A DNA stretch of 64,000 bases from a bacterium (GCA_030606215.1 JAUWGW010000005.1:5369-69368); one strand, 5' to 3'. Positions 31,145 to 42,167 are shown, numbered from the stretch's first letter. Notes: generated from the sequence alone by a model not told the origin. Numbers and translations: made by a program.

Positions 31145-33124
31145 ATGGCTCAATTCAAGCTGGTTTCTAACTTTAAACCTTGTGGTGACCAGCCTTCTGC
31201 AATTGAAAAGTTGACAGGAGGGTTGGGAAAAGGGGTGAAGCACCAGACTCTTCTCGGGGTGACCGGTTCAGGGAAGACCTTTACCATGGCTAATATAATT
31301 GCGAATTTGGGCAGCCCCACACTTGTAATATCTCACAATAAGACTCTTGCGGCTCAATTATACGCAGAGTTTAAGAGATTTTTCCCTGAGAATGCTGTTG
31401 AGTACTTTGTCAGTTATTACGATTACTACCAGCCTGAAGCTTATATCCCGCAGACTGATACCTATATTGAGAAAGATGCATCCATCAATGATGAGCTGGA
31501 CAGACTGCGTCTCTCCGCAACAAGCAGTCTCCTTGAGAGGGAAGATGTTATCATAGTGGCAAGTGTTTCTGCTATATACGGATTGGGTTCACCTGAGGAG
31601 CACAAAGAACTTTTTCTTCTCCTTGAAGAAGGAGAAGATATCCCACGGGATGATATATTGAGAAAGCTTGTCAGCATACAGTATGAGAGAAATGATTTTG
31701 GTTTTACCAGAGGTAAATTCAGAGTCAGGGGTGACTGTGTAGATATATTCCCTGCGTATTCTGAGAGGGCTTTGAGGATAGAACAGTTTGGTGATAGTAT
31801 ACGAAGGATAGTGCAGATAAACCCTCTAACGGGAGAACAAATTGGTAGAATGGATAGAACTGCCATATATCCAGCCAAGCATTTTGTTACTTCAACCGAC
31901 AGGTTGAGCAGGGCAATTAAGTCTATAAAAGAGGAGCTGGGAGAAAGGCTTGCAGAGTTGAGAGGTGAGGGCAAACTTCTGGAAGCACAGCGTCTTGAAG
32001 CAAGAACAAATTATGACATGGAGATGATGCAGGAAATTGGTTACTGTCAGGGTATAGAGAACTATTCAAGGCATATCAGCGGGCGTTTGCCGGGTGAACC
32101 TCCATATACCCTGATAGATTATTTCTCTGAAACCTTTCTCATGGTAATTGATGAATCCCACGTGACAATTCCTCAGATAAGAGGGATGTATAATGGTGAT
32201 AGATCGCGGAAAGAGACTCTTGTTGAGCACGGATTTCGGCTTCCTTCTGCCTTTGATAACCGTCCTCTCAATTTTGGGGAGTTTGAGGAAAGAGTTTCCC
32301 GGGTTATTTATGTCTCAGCTACACTTGGACCATATGAACTTGAGAAAAGTGGAGGGGTGAGCGCAGAGCAAATCATAAGACCTACTGGCTTGGTCGACCC
32401 CCGGATTGCTGTTAAGCGGGTGAAAGGACAGATTGACGATTTAATAACGCAGATAAGACTGCGTACTTTTAAGAAACAAAGAGTTCTGGTTACCACACTT
32501 ACCAAACGGATGGCAGAAGATCTTGCTGATTATTTGCAAGAGATAGGACTTCGTGTGCGCTATCTACATTCTGAGATTGATACTCTTGAGAGAATGGAAA
32601 TCATCAGGGATTTGAGACTTGCTAAATTTGATTGTCTTGTCGGAATAAATCTGCTCAGGGAAGGACTGGATTTACCGGAGGTATCCCTTGTTGCAATCCT
32701 GGATGCTGACAAGGAGGGTTTTCTCCGTTCACAGACTTCTCTTATTCAGGTAGCAGGGAGAGCGGCTCGCAATGTGGATGGGGGAGTCATTATGTACGCT
32801 GATACTGTTACTAATTCAATGAAAAGTGCTTTAGCGGAAACTGATAGGAGACGCAAGATTCAGATGGAGTATAATAAGAAACATCGTATTACCCCCCGCA
32901 GTATCCAGAAATCAGTTGACAGTCTGATTGAATTGAACAGAAGTGCCGCTGACGTTGTGGAGAACGTAGTGCGCGAACCCAAAGTCGGGTATATTTCAGA
33001 AGAGAGTCTGGAGATTTGCGACCTTGAAAAAGAAATGGTGGAGGCTGCAAAACAGCTTGAGTTTGAAAAAGCGGCTGTGTTGAGGGATGAGATTACAGAA
33101 ATTAAAAAGAAGGCGGGTAAATGA
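31145..33124 (+). CDS. uvrB: excinuclease ABC subunit B
   Basis: [10 protein letters not shown] Walker A, helicase motifs, and a C-terminal UVR domain ([17 protein letters not shown]). Confidence 0.95.
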   Translation: MAQFKLVSNFKPCGDQPSAIEKLTGGLGKGVKHQTLLGVTGSGKTFTMANIIANLGSPTLVISHNKTLAAQLYAEFKRFFPENAVEYFVSYYDYYQPEAYIPQTDTYIEKDASINDELDRLRLSATSSLLEREDVIIVASVSAIYGLGSPEEHKELFLLLEEGEDIPRDDILRKLVSIQYERNDFGFTRGKFRVRGDCVDIFPAYSERALRIEQFGDSIRRIVQINPLTGEQIGRMDRTAIYPAKHFVTSTDRLSRAIKSIKEELGERLAELRGEGKLLEAQRLEARTNYDMEMMQEIGYCQGIENYSRHISGRLPGEPPYTLIDYFSETFLMVIDESHVTIPQIRGMYNGDRSRKETLVEHGFRLPSAFDNRPLNFGEFEERVSRVIYVSATLGPYELEKSGGVSAEQIIRPTGLVDPRIAVKRVKGQIDDLITQIRLRTFKKQRVLVTTLTKRMAEDLADYLQEIGLRVRYLHSEIDTLERMEIIRDLRLAKFDCLVGINLLREGLDLPEVSLVAILDADKEGFLRSQTSLIQVAGRAARNVDGGVIMYADTVTNSMKSALAETDRRRKIQMEYNKKHRITPRSIQKSVDSLIELNRSAADVVENVVREPKVGYISEESLEICDLEKEMVEAAKQLEFEKAAVLRDEITEIKKKAGK

Positions 33125-33969
33125 ATCTCAATGTTAAAAAAATAGAATCGCTTGTTGAATCTGCATTAAGAGAGGATATAGGGGGGGGAGATATAACCTC
33201 GGATATTCTTATTCCTCCTGAGTGTAAAGCAAAAGGGGTAATTATTGCTGAGGAAGATGGGGTGATTGCAGGGATTCCAGTTGCAGAACTGGTTTTCAAA
33301 ATTCTTGATAACAAACTGAAGTTTACAGCATATATTTCAGATGGGAAGAAGGTGAAGGAAGGTGAGAGAATAGCAGAAGTTGTTGGAGATGCAAAATCTA
33401 TCCTTGCAGGTGAGAGGACTGCATTGAATTTTCTGGGACATTTATCAGGTATTGCAACGAAAACTAACTGTTTCGTTGAAAAAGTCAACCGTTTCAATGT
33501 GGAAATTATGGATACCAGAAAAACAACGCCTAATTTGAGGGCGCTTGAAAAATATGCTGTCAGGGTTGGGGGCGGGTATAATCATCGTATGGGATTATAT
33601 GATGCAGTTTTGATAAAGGACAATCATCTGAAACTTAGAAAAAAGAAAATTGCGGATGTGGTGAAAAAAGCGCGCAGGAGTGTCCCGGCATCAATGAAGG
33701 TAGAAGTTGAGGTAAAAGATTTTTTAGAAGTTAAGGATGCTTTAAGTGGCAAACCTGATATCATAATGCTTGATAATATGAGCGTGAGTGATGTGAAGGA
33801 AACTGTAGAGTTTGTGCGTAAATCCGGGTGTAGTGTACTTCTGGAAGTCTCAGGCGGTATCACACTTGAGAATGTTCTGGAGTACGCAGAAACCGGAGTG
33901 GATATTATCTCGGCAGGAGAATTGACACATTCAGTTAAGAGTCTTGATATCAGTATGGAATTTGAATAG
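33121..33969 (+). CDS. nadC: nicotinate-nucleotide pyrophosphorylase (quinolinate PRTase)
   Basis: 282 aa QPRTase fold (IMLDNM). Confidence 0.9.
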   Translation: MNLNVKKIESLVESALREDIGGGDITSDILIPPECKAKGVIIAEEDGVIAGIPVAELVFKILDNKLKFTAYISDGKKVKEGERIAEVVGDAKSILAGERTALNFLGHLSGIATKTNCFVEKVNRFNVEIMDTRKTTPNLRALEKYAVRVGGGYNHRMGLYDAVLIKDNHLKLRKKKIADVVKKARRSVPASMKVEVEVKDFLEVKDALSGKPDIIMLDNMSVSDVKETVEFVRKSGCSVLLEVSGGITLENVLEYAETGVDIISAGELTHSVKSLDISMEFE

Positions 33970-34791
33970 ATGGAAGAGATTTCCTCTGCTGAGTTAAAGG
34001 CTTCTCTTGGGACGAAGTTTGTTGGAAATGAGATTTTTGTCTTTCAGAATGTATCTTCTACACAGGATGTTGCAAGAGAACTGCTGCGTCAAGGGGCTTT
34101 GGAGGGGACGGTAGTTTTAGCTGAGACTCAAAGCGGTGGGAGAGGTCGTTTCGGAAGAAATTGGTTTTCTCCTTCAGGAGTTGGTATCTGGGCTTCTGTC
34201 ATTCTACATCCCAAGTTTCAGAATTCAGCCAACTCTCTGCGCCGAGGCATTGGGTCGGATAAGCCAATCGGTGCAGGGGCTGGGTTAACTGTAGTCAGTC
34301 TCACAAGTAGTGTTGCAATTGCAAATGCTATACGGAGAGTTACAGGATTAAGAAGTTTTGTGAAGTGGCCAAATGATGTCATGTTGCACCAGAAGAAGGT
34401 TGCCGGTATCCTTGTGGAGATGGTTGGGGAATCAATTATTGTCGGAGTTGGGATAAATGTTAATCAGGAACAATTCCCTGAATTCCTCAGGGACAGTGCC
34501 ACTTCACTTATGATGGAATCGGGGAATGAAGTATCCAGGATTTCTCTTATAAGAGAAGCCCTTCATCAACTTGAGTATTATTATATCCTGTTAAAGGAGA
34601 AAGGATTCTCCCCGGTAATAGAAAAGATGCGGGATATTTCATCAGTTCTTGGCAGGCAGGTTATTGCTTCTTTCAATGGGAAAAAAATTATAGGGCAGGC
34701 GGTGGATGTGGATATAGATGGTGCCTTGCTTATACGGATTGATAGTGGTTTCCAGGTGCGAGTTCTGGCGGGGAATGTTTCAATCCTTTAG
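33970..34791 (+). CDS. birA: biotin--[acetyl-CoA-carboxylase] ligase (catalytic plus C-terminal domain, no HTH)
   Basis: VLAETQSGGRGRFGRNWFSP and KWPNDV motifs. A Gly/Ala-rich loop of about 25 aa extends the biotin-binding loop region. Confidence 0.85.
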   Translation: MEEISSAELKASLGTKFVGNEIFVFQNVSSTQDVARELLRQGALEGTVVLAETQSGGRGRFGRNWFSPSGVGIWASVILHPKFQNSANSLRRGIGSDKPIGAGAGLTVVSLTSSVAIANAIRRVTGLRSFVKWPNDVMLHQKKVAGILVEMVGESIIVGVGINVNQEQFPEFLRDSATSLMMESGNEVSRISLIREALHQLEYYYILLKEKGFSPVIEKMRDISSVLGRQVIASFNGKKIIGQAVDVDIDGALLIRIDSGFQVRVLAGNVSIL

Positions 34792-34832
34792 CCCGGTTTA
34801 TTCATGCTGTCCTGGAAATCTCTGGGGGGTGT

Positions 34833-35600
34833 ATGGTGTTGCTAACGATAGATATCGGGAATACTCAGATAGCCTGTGGAATTTTTGATGAAACAAAATT
34901 GGTGGGTGAATGGCGCTATCCAACAGACGGAAGTATGCAGGTTGATACCTGCGAGGCTGAGTTAAGTCGGAAACTTCTTTCAGCCGGAGTAAAGCCGGAG
35001 CAGATTACAGGTTGTGTTATTTCATGCGTAGTGCCGTCTCTTTCTGACATTTTCAAGTATGCTTCTGTCAAGCTACTCACTGTGGAACCGCTATTTGTCA
35101 GTATAAAGATGAGAACGGGTATATCTGTGAAATATGAGAAGCCAGAAGAACTCGGCGCTGACAGGATTGCAAACGCTGCAGCTGTCCACCATCTTTATCC
35201 AGGAGACGCAATCATTGTGGATTTTGGGACAGCTACGACTTTTTGTGTATTGTCCGGCGAAGGAGATTATGTTGGTGGAGTTATTGCTCCTGGTGTTGGC
35301 ATCTCTAAGGAGGCTTTGACGAAGAGGGCGGCGCTATTGCCAGAGGTGGAATTGCGCGCGCCAGCTAAGGTAATTGGCAAAAATACTGTTGAGAGCATGC
35401 AGATAGGTCTCGTATATGGTTTCACAGAGCTGGTTGATGGAATTGTGAAAAGGTTAAAAAGGGAGTTTAATCCTGATGCAAGAGTGATAGCTGCAGGCGG
35501 GTGGGCAGGTCTCATCAGCCCGCTTTCTCAGACAATCACTATTACAGACCCTTCCCTCACCCTAAAGGGACTTCAAATTATCTACCAGATGAATTCTTAG
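34833..35600 (+). CDS. coaX: type III pantothenate kinase
   Basis: LLTIDIGNTQIACGIF ... DFGTATTF ASKHA fold. Confidence 0.9.
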   Translation: MVLLTIDIGNTQIACGIFDETKLVGEWRYPTDGSMQVDTCEAELSRKLLSAGVKPEQITGCVISCVVPSLSDIFKYASVKLLTVEPLFVSIKMRTGISVKYEKPEELGADRIANAAAVHHLYPGDAIIVDFGTATTFCVLSGEGDYVGGVIAPGVGISKEALTKRAALLPEVELRAPAKVIGKNTVESMQIGLVYGFTELVDGIVKRLKREFNPDARVIAAGGWAGLISPLSQTITITDPSLTLKGLQIIYQMNS

Positions 35601-35630
35601 ATAGAACTGCCTCTTATGGTCTTGCACGTT

Positions 35631-35906
35631 TTAACGGGCAGCCAGTTCCTTCTCTACTCTTTCTGCCAAAAACTCTTTTAAGAGGGACTGGTAAGGCATA
35701 CCTCGTTTGTTGGATAAGATCTTTAACTCCTCTATCAGGAATTGAGGCATCCTGATGGAGATCGCCTTTTCGGAAGGCTTTAGTTCTGGAAACTTTACTC
35801 TCCTGGCCTTTGACCAATTGATATAATTGGTAGAGTCATGGCTGACCCAGAATTTTCTTTCCTCCTCCTCATTCTTGAAGCGGGGTATCTTTTTCTCTTT
35901 TTTCAT
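35631..35906 (-). CDS. brnA: BrnA antitoxin (CopG-like)
   Basis: KFWVSHDSTNYINWSKARRVKFPELKPSEKAISIRMPQFLIEELKILSNKRGMPYQSLLKEFLAERV is the BrnA family signature. Confidence 0.8.
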   Translation of the reverse strand: MKKEKKIPRFKNEEEERKFWVSHDSTNYINWSKARRVKFPELKPSEKAISIRMPQFLIEELKILSNKRGMPYQSLLKEFLAERVEKELAAR

Positions 35907-36174
35907 ATTCTCTCTTCTCCTTTTTATTCATATTCCTTGCCGAAATAACCCTTATTTTTTCTCCTCTTAATGTGTATACAATAAAGAGTCTTCGCTTTGC
36001 AAAAGTATTTCCTAATGCATAATAGCGAGCCTCCTTTGCTGAATGGGCTTTATCATAGTAAACTAACAGCCTGGGGTCAAAAAATACTTCCTCGCATTCT
36101 TGATCGGTTACTTTATGTCTTTTCCAGTTCTTTCCTGTGTTGCCTTCATCCCAGTCGAACCCTTTCACATCCAT
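35869..36174 (-). CDS. brnT: BrnT toxin (DUF497 ribonuclease)
   Basis: FDWDEGNTGKNWKRHKVTDQECEEVFFDP is the BrnT signature. Overlaps brnA by 38 nt. Confidence 0.8.
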   Translation of the reverse strand: MDVKGFDWDEGNTGKNWKRHKVTDQECEEVFFDPRLLVYYDKAHSAKEARYYALGNTFAKRRLFIVYTLRGEKIRVISARNMNKKEKREYEKREKDTPLQE

Positions 36175-36183
36175 TTGTGTATG

Positions 36184-36212
36184 ATTATAATATACACACG
36201 CCTATTTGTCAA
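36184..36212 (-). promoter_or_regulatory. consensus sigma70 promoter of brnTA
   Basis: On the minus strand: TTGACA (36212-36207), 17-nt spacer, TATAAT (36189-36184). The brnT ATG follows about 10 nt later, so the mRNA is near-leaderless. Confidence 0.55.
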
Positions 36213-36373
36213 GAAAAACTTGTTTTCAAAAATTATTGCTATGTTTTGACCTACGTGGTAACATTCTAAGATACACGCAGACCAGCCAAAACGAGGCTTG
36301 TTAAAGATAAAATGGGGAGGGTTGGCGTTGTTGTAATGGGGAGCGGCTCAGGGGATAAAAGGAGGGTAGAAAA

Positions 36374-37534
36374 GTGGGAATGTGGATTGGTATAGGTAGA
36401 AAGGCGAGGAGATCCTACGGGTTTGACGAAATTGCTCTTGTCCCTGGTTCAGTGACAATAAATCCAAATGAAGTGGATACTAAATGGAAGCTTGGAAATC
36501 TTGAGTTTGAAGTACCTATTCTTGCGGCTGCAATGGATGGGGTTGTGGATGCAAAATTTGCAATAGAGATGGGTAAGCTTGGCGGGCTGGCGGTGCTCAA
36601 TCTTGAAGGTGTCCAGACCCGGTATGAAAACCCTGAAGAGGTGATTGAGAGGATAGTAACAGCTTCCCCTGAGAAAGCAACTGAACTTGTGCAGAGTGTA
36701 TATCTTGAGCCTATTAAGGAGGAGCTAATTTCAAGACGGATAGAGGAGATAAAAAAGGGTGGCTGTGTAGCTGTTGTTTCCTCAATTCCACAGCGGGCTG
36801 AAAGATTCGGGAAAATTGCTGAGGAGGCTGGCGTTGACATCTTTGTTGTTCAGGCAACTGTAACAACTAAAAAACATATATCCGTAGAATACAAAAGTCT
36901 TGATTTTGAGAAGTTCTGCAAGGAAATATCTATCCCAATTGTTGTTGGAAATTGTGTCACATATGAGACAGCGCTTGAGTTAATGGAGACAGGGATTGAC
37001 GCTCTTCTTGTAGGGATTGGTCCTGGAGCGGCGTGCACAACACGCGGGGTTCTCGGGATTGGAGTGCCTCAGGTTACTGCAACCTGTGATACAGCCGCCG
37101 CCAGGGATTTTTATTATAAACAGCATAGACGCTATGTTTCCATTATTACAGATGGCGGGATGGTTTCGGGAGGGGATATATGCAAAGCTTTTGCATGTGG
37201 GGCTGATGCTGTTATGGTTGGTTCTGCACTCGCAAGGGCAAAGGAGGCTCCGGGCAAAGGTTACCACTGGGGTATGGCAACCCCTGATGTGAACCTTCCT
37301 CGCGGAACAAGGATTCATGTCGGAGCAACCGGCTCCTTGCGTGAGATTCTCTTTGGTCCTGCAAAGGTTAATGACGGTTCTCAGAATCTGATGGGCGCTC
37401 TCAGGACTTCGATGGGAGCACTTGGCGCGAGAAATATCAGGGAGATGCAGCTGACGGAGGTTATAATTGCTCCAGCTATTCAGACGGAAGGGAAAGTTTT
37501 TCAAACTGTGCAGAAAGTTGGGATGGCAAGGTAA
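36374..37534 (+). CDS. IMP dehydrogenase/GMP reductase family protein lacking CBS domains
   Basis: Catalytic loop GIGPGAACTTR with the active Cys and a TIM barrel. 386 aa and no Bateman insert. Confidence 0.7.
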   Translation: MGMWIGIGRKARRSYGFDEIALVPGSVTINPNEVDTKWKLGNLEFEVPILAAAMDGVVDAKFAIEMGKLGGLAVLNLEGVQTRYENPEEVIERIVTASPEKATELVQSVYLEPIKEELISRRIEEIKKGGCVAVVSSIPQRAERFGKIAEEAGVDIFVVQATVTTKKHISVEYKSLDFEKFCKEISIPIVVGNCVTYETALELMETGIDALLVGIGPGAACTTRGVLGIGVPQVTATCDTAAARDFYYKQHRRYVSIITDGGMVSGGDICKAFACGADAVMVGSALARAKEAPGKGYHWGMATPDVNLPRGTRIHVGATGSLREILFGPAKVNDGSQNLMGALRTSMGALGARNIREMQLTEVIIAPAIQTEGKVFQTVQKVGMAR

Positions 37535-40500
37535 TGGAACATTCCAGGTTTGCACATCTTCATGTGCATAGCCAGTATAGTCTTCTTGACGGCGCATGCC
37601 GCATATCTAACCTCATAAAGAAAGCGCATGAGTACAGGATGCCTGCTCTTGCTCTGACAGACCATGGGAATCTGTTCGGAGCGATTGAATTCTATACACA
37701 GGCGCTTGAATCGGGAATCAAACCAATAATTGGCTATGAGGCATATATTGCTCCCGGGAGTAGATTTGAGAAAAAAACACAGAGAATAAAAGATGCCTCT
37801 TTTCATCTTACACTCCTTGTGAAGGACGAAACAGGTTACAAAAATTTAATGAAATTAGCAACACTCGCTTATCTTGAAGGGTTTTATTATAAACCGCGTA
37901 TTGACAAAGAAATTCTGGCTGAATTGAGGGAAGGTTTAATAGTCCTGAGCGGTTGTCTGAAAGGTGAAATTCCCTGCCTTATTCAGAGTAATTCGTTCGA
38001 GCAGGCGCAGAAAGTGGCGGGGGAATACAGGGATATGATGGGAGACGGGAATTTCTATCTTGAGATTCAAGACCACGGCATTGATGACCAGAGGAAAGTA
38101 AATGAAGGTTTATTGAAGATAGCAAGGAATCTCAATATACCTCTGGTTGCAACAAATGACTGTCATTATATTGATAGAGGCGACTCAGTCGCGCATGATG
38201 TTCTCTTATGTATTCAGACCGGAGCAACTATAAATGAGCCGGGGAGGATGAAATTCTCAACAGATAATTTCTATTTTCGCTCACCTGAGGAGATGAAAAG
38301 CCTTTTTTCGTCAGTTCCTGAAGCTATATTGAATACAGTTGCTATTGCTGAAAAGTGTAACCTCGAATTAAGTTTCGGAAAAACTCTTCTGCCGGTATTT
38401 AATGTGCCCGATAGTAAAACACCCGATGAATATCTAAGAGAGTTGTGTCAGCAAGGATTTAAGGCTCGTTTCGGCGGGGGGAATAAAGAAGCAGTTGGGA
38501 GGTTAAAACATGAGCTCTCAGTTATTAAGGAGTTGGGTTATGCAAGTTATTTCCTCATTGTGTGGGACGTTATCAGATATACAAAGGAGAATGGTCTGAC
38601 GGTTGGTCCGGGACGTGGTTCAGCGGCAGGAAGTCTCACTGCATATGTCTTAGGAATAACCGAAGTTGACCCTCTGCGATACGGCCTCCTATTTGAACGG
38701 TTTTTAAACTCGGAGCGTGCAAAACTTCCGGATATTGATATTGACTTCTCTGATGAAGACCGTTCACAGGTAATTGAATATGTGAGAACAAAATATGGAG
38801 CAGGAAATGTAGCTCAGATTATTACTTTTGGCACAATGGCCGCAAGAGGCGTAATCCGTGATGTGGGACGGGCTCTGGATATGCCATATGGTGAGGTTGA
38901 TAGAATTGCAAAACTTGTTCCGAATGAGCTTGATATAACTCTTGATGGGGCAATAAGCAAAGAGCCGGAATTAAAGGAAGTTGCGGAAAGAGATGAGAGA
39001 GTAAACAAACTCCTCACTATAGCGAGGTCTCTTGAAGGCTTGGCCAGGCACGCATCAACTCACGCCGCTGGTATAGTTATTTCAGATAGGGGATTGACTG
39101 ACTATGTGCCTCTCCTGAAAGGCGGAGAAGGTGAAGTAATCACTCAATTTCCGATGGAATCCCTGGAAAAAGTTGGACTTCTTAAGATGGATTTCCTGGG
39201 TCTCAAAACTTTAAGTGTTATCCAGAAGACACTTGAAAATGTTGAGAAAACCCATGGCAAAAGGATAAGCATTGAAGAGGGGATGCTTGATGATTTGAAG
39301 ACTTTTGAACTTTTGAGAGAGGGGAAGACACTGGGCATTTTTCAACTTGAGAGCGCGGGGATGAGGGACCTCTTAAGGAAACTTGAACCACAGAGGTTTG
39401 AAGATATCATTGCTGTCCTTGGATTATACCGTCCGGGTCCTCTTGGCAGTGGTATGGTTAATGAGTTCATAAAAAGGAAACATAAACTTACTTCCATTGA
39501 GTTTGACCATCCTGCTCTGGAACCAATATTAACTGATACATACGGAGTTATTCTTTATCAGGAGCAGATTATGAGGATTGTCAGCAAACTTGCCGGGTTT
39601 TCGCTGGAACAAGCAGATGTTCTGCAGAAATCTATCAGTAAGAAAATCCCGGAGGTTATGGAGAGACAACGGGGATTTTTTATGAAAGGTGCGCTTAGCA
39701 ATGGTGTTGAGGAGCGGGTTGCAAACAAAGTTTTTGACCTTGTTGCCAACTTTGCAGGCTATGGGTTTAATAAAGCTCACAGCACTGCCTATGCAATGAT
39801 TGCCTATAGGACAGCATATCTCAAGGCAAACTATTTGAGAGAGTTCCTCGCCGCACTTCTTTCAAGCGAGATGGATAATACAGATAAACTTGTAACCTAT
39901 ATTAATGAATGTGAAGGTTCTGGAGTGAAAGTTTTGCCGCCCGATGTGAATGAAAGTAACGGGAGATTTGAGGTTGCGGAGGGATGTATTCGCTTTGGAT
40001 TAGTAGCGGTAAAAAATGTTGGTGTTTCTGCTATTGATTCCATTGTGGATGTCAGGAATGAAAAAGGAAAATTTACATCTCTCCATGATTTCTGTGAGCA
40101 TGTTGATTTAAGGCTTGTTAATAAGAGGGTAATTGAAAGTCTTATTAAATGTGGCGCATTTGATTGTCTTGGGGCAGCACGTTCACAACTCTTCGCTGTG
40201 GTTGACGATGCAATTGCAGTTGGGCAGCGATTGCAGAAAGACAGACTGTCAGGGCAATTCTCTCTCTTCGGGACTGGAAGCGATTTTCGGGAGTATCCAG
40301 ACATCCCTGAGTGGCATGAAGGGAAGTTACTTTCATTTGAGAAGGAGGTTCTCGGGTTTTATATAAGCGGGCATCCACTCGCAAGGTATGAAAAACTCAT
40401 TAAAGCATACAGCACTGTTAGTACCGGTGGACTTCATGAATTAGAGGATGGGGCTGATGCTGGCATAGCTGGAGTAGTCACGCGCATCAGGCGTATCGCT

Positions 40501-40953
40501 ACAAGGAAGGGTAACAGGATGGCTTATGTTCAGTTAGAGGATCTGGAGGGAAACTGTGAAGTGATTTTCTTTCCGAATTGTCTGGAGGAGTACGCAACAC
40601 TTCTTAAACAAGATGCGCTGATTTATGTCAGAGGCAGAGTTGATTTGCGTCAAGATGTGCCAAAGGTTGTGGCGAAAGTAGTTATCCCTCTCAATGAGGT
40701 TGAAAGGCATCTTGCTAAATCGGCTCATATAAAATTGATTACTGCCGGTTTTGAAGAAGGGACACTTTTATCTTTGAAAGAGGTCTTATTATCATATCCG
40801 GGAAATTGCAGCGTGTATTTCCATCTAAAAGGTTCCCTGCCCAGAGGAATAATTCTTGGTGGGAATTCTGAGCTAACTGTTGAACCGGGACCGGAATTGA
40901 TGAAGAAAGTGGAGGAGTTGGCAGGAGAAGGGAGTATTTCATTCAAGCCCTGA
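37534..40953 (+). CDS. dnaE: DNA polymerase III alpha subunit
   Basis: 1139 aa with PHP domain (HLHVHSQYSLLDG), pol core and OB fold. Confidence 0.95.
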   Translation: MEHSRFAHLHVHSQYSLLDGACRISNLIKKAHEYRMPALALTDHGNLFGAIEFYTQALESGIKPIIGYEAYIAPGSRFEKKTQRIKDASFHLTLLVKDETGYKNLMKLATLAYLEGFYYKPRIDKEILAELREGLIVLSGCLKGEIPCLIQSNSFEQAQKVAGEYRDMMGDGNFYLEIQDHGIDDQRKVNEGLLKIARNLNIPLVATNDCHYIDRGDSVAHDVLLCIQTGATINEPGRMKFSTDNFYFRSPEEMKSLFSSVPEAILNTVAIAEKCNLELSFGKTLLPVFNVPDSKTPDEYLRELCQQGFKARFGGGNKEAVGRLKHELSVIKELGYASYFLIVWDVIRYTKENGLTVGPGRGSAAGSLTAYVLGITEVDPLRYGLLFERFLNSERAKLPDIDIDFSDEDRSQVIEYVRTKYGAGNVAQIITFGTMAARGVIRDVGRALDMPYGEVDRIAKLVPNELDITLDGAISKEPELKEVAERDERVNKLLTIARSLEGLARHASTHAAGIVISDRGLTDYVPLLKGGEGEVITQFPMESLEKVGLLKMDFLGLKTLSVIQKTLENVEKTHGKRISIEEGMLDDLKTFELLREGKTLGIFQLESAGMRDLLRKLEPQRFEDIIAVLGLYRPGPLGSGMVNEFIKRKHKLTSIEFDHPALEPILTDTYGVILYQEQIMRIVSKLAGFSLEQADVLQKSISKKIPEVMERQRGFFMKGALSNGVEERVANKVFDLVANFAGYGFNKAHSTAYAMIAYRTAYLKANYLREFLAALLSSEMDNTDKLVTYINECEGSGVKVLPPDVNESNGRFEVAEGCIRFGLVAVKNVGVSAIDSIVDVRNEKGKFTSLHDFCEHVDLRLVNKRVIESLIKCGAFDCLGAARSQLFAVVDDAIAVGQRLQKDRLSGQFSLFGTGSDFREYPDIPEWHEGKLLSFEKEVLGFYISGHPLARYEKLIKAYSTVSTGGLHELEDGADAGIAGVVTRIRRIATRKGNRMAYVQLEDLEGNCEVIFFPNCLEEYATLLKQDALIYVRGRVDLRQDVPKVVAKVVIPLNEVERHLAKSAHIKLITAGFEEGTLLSLKEVLLSYPGNCSVYFHLKGSLPRGIILGGNSELTVEPGPELMKKVEELAGEGSISFKP

Positions 40954-40966
40954 TGGAGGATACGGT

Positions 40967-41776
40967 ATGAGAGATAGGACTCTTGAGAGAAGAATGGTTG
41001 AGATGCGGGAGTTGATTGATTTATGGGGGCGTTTCCATGAGATGATGGTTGCAGTTGTGAAAGGTGCAGGTTTCACAGATGAGCATGACAGGGAATTCCT
41101 GAATGTGAAAAGTGCTATTGCGCGTAAGTTTCAGGCAATATCAGATAAGTTTGAGAAAAGAATGTTTCCGGAGGAAGAGGTAACAGAAGTCCTTTCCCAG
41201 GCGGTTTCTCTTGAGCAAGTAAAGAAGATGAGCAGTTTCACAACCGGTCAATTTGAGAATACATGGCACCGTGTCCATATAGCATTTAACAGGGTTCTCG
41301 GTCATCTTGAAAGTGAGAGAGATGCACTGGCAAGAGTAAGTACTTTTGGGTTTGGTATTAAGAAACTGGCGAGGAGTAAGCTTCTTATATTTCTTGTTAT
41401 CCTTGCTATTATGTTCGGCGGCATTTTTATGGGATACAGATTCTACACTCAGAAAGTAAAGCCTGCATTTGAGGTAAGCGAAAAGGGGGAGGAGACAGAA
41501 GCACAGGCTGAACTTGAGACGCTTCTTGGGAAAATAGGTGAACTTGTCGATGTTGTGAAGATGAAAATTGAAGGAGCAGAGCCGGGAGAGGGTGCTGAGG
41601 CAAGAAGAGTTAGTTTGCCTGCCAGTGCCAACTGGGGCTCTCTTATCTGGGGAATTGTCGGTGCCGTTCTTTGTGGATGGCTGGCAAGTACCAAGGGAAG
41701 AAACCCAATCCTGTGGGGAGCTTTTGGTTTATTATGCTGTCCGATTGCTTTTATAATTCTCCTGCTTAAGAGCTGA
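40967..41776 (+). CDS. hypothetical membrane protein: soluble N-domain, TM helix, and a DUF4190-like C-terminal TM pair
   Basis: Hydrophobic segments LLIFLVILAIMFGGIFMGY and NWGSLIWGIVGAVLCGWLA...ILWGAFGLLCCPIAFIILLL. No confident family. Confidence 0.5.
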   Translation: MRDRTLERRMVEMRELIDLWGRFHEMMVAVVKGAGFTDEHDREFLNVKSAIARKFQAISDKFEKRMFPEEEVTEVLSQAVSLEQVKKMSSFTTGQFENTWHRVHIAFNRVLGHLESERDALARVSTFGFGIKKLARSKLLIFLVILAIMFGGIFMGYRFYTQKVKPAFEVSEKGEETEAQAELETLLGKIGELVDVVKMKIEGAEPGEGAEARRVSLPASANWGSLIWGIVGAVLCGWLASTKGRNPILWGAFGLLCCPIAFIILLLKS

Positions 41777-42159
41777 TGAAAGATAGGATGCGGAATTTCT
41801 TGGTTTCGCTTTTATGTTTTAGTTTCCCTGTGCTCAGTTGCTTCCCACATCTCCTGAAATTACCAGGGTGCAGTTTCAGAACATTTACGGGTATTCCCTG
41901 CCCATTCTGTGATATGACAAGCTCTTTTTGTGAAGCATCTAATTTTCATATAAAGGAGGCATTTAACATTCAACCTGTAGGTGCTTTAGTCTATTTTTTA
42001 TGTGTAATTTCCGGGTTATTCTTTTTGTGCCGGGGGGTGTTAGGTAAGCCATTTGTTGATTTGAGGAAAGGGAGATATTGGACGCCGGCGTTTAACATTC
42101 TATTGGCACTCATCGGGATTGTATGGGCATGTAGAATTGTGCGGAATGTCTTCATGTGA
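41776..42159 (+). CDS. DUF2752-like membrane protein
   Basis: CSFRTFTGIPCPFCDMTSSF resembles the DUF2752 CPxxxxxGxPCPxCGxTR motif. Translationally coupled to the upstream ORF. Confidence 0.5.
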   Translation: MKDRMRNFLVSLLCFSFPVLSCFPHLLKLPGCSFRTFTGIPCPFCDMTSSFCEASNFHIKEAFNIQPVGALVYFLCVISGLFFLCRGVLGKPFVDLRKGRYWTPAFNILLALIGIVWACRIVRNVFM

Positions 42160-42167
42160 TGCTTCAT

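Noticed and set aside
34230-34300. Possible inserted element in birA (extra Gly/Ala-rich loop after the biotin-binding GRGRxGRxW motif)
   Set aside because: Unlike the lipM-like case, the underlying DNA shows no clear palindrome or repeat. More likely a lineage-specific loop extension.
35501-35755. 84-aa plus-strand ORF overlapping the coaX end and brnA
   Set aside because: Overlaps the coaX 3' end in another frame and is antisense to the well-supported brnA. No RBS.
36175-36373. Long leader before the IMPDH-family gene considered as a purine riboswitch
   Set aside because: No recognisable purine, ZTP or other riboswitch core motifs. The region is better explained as a divergent promoter spacer shared with brnTA.
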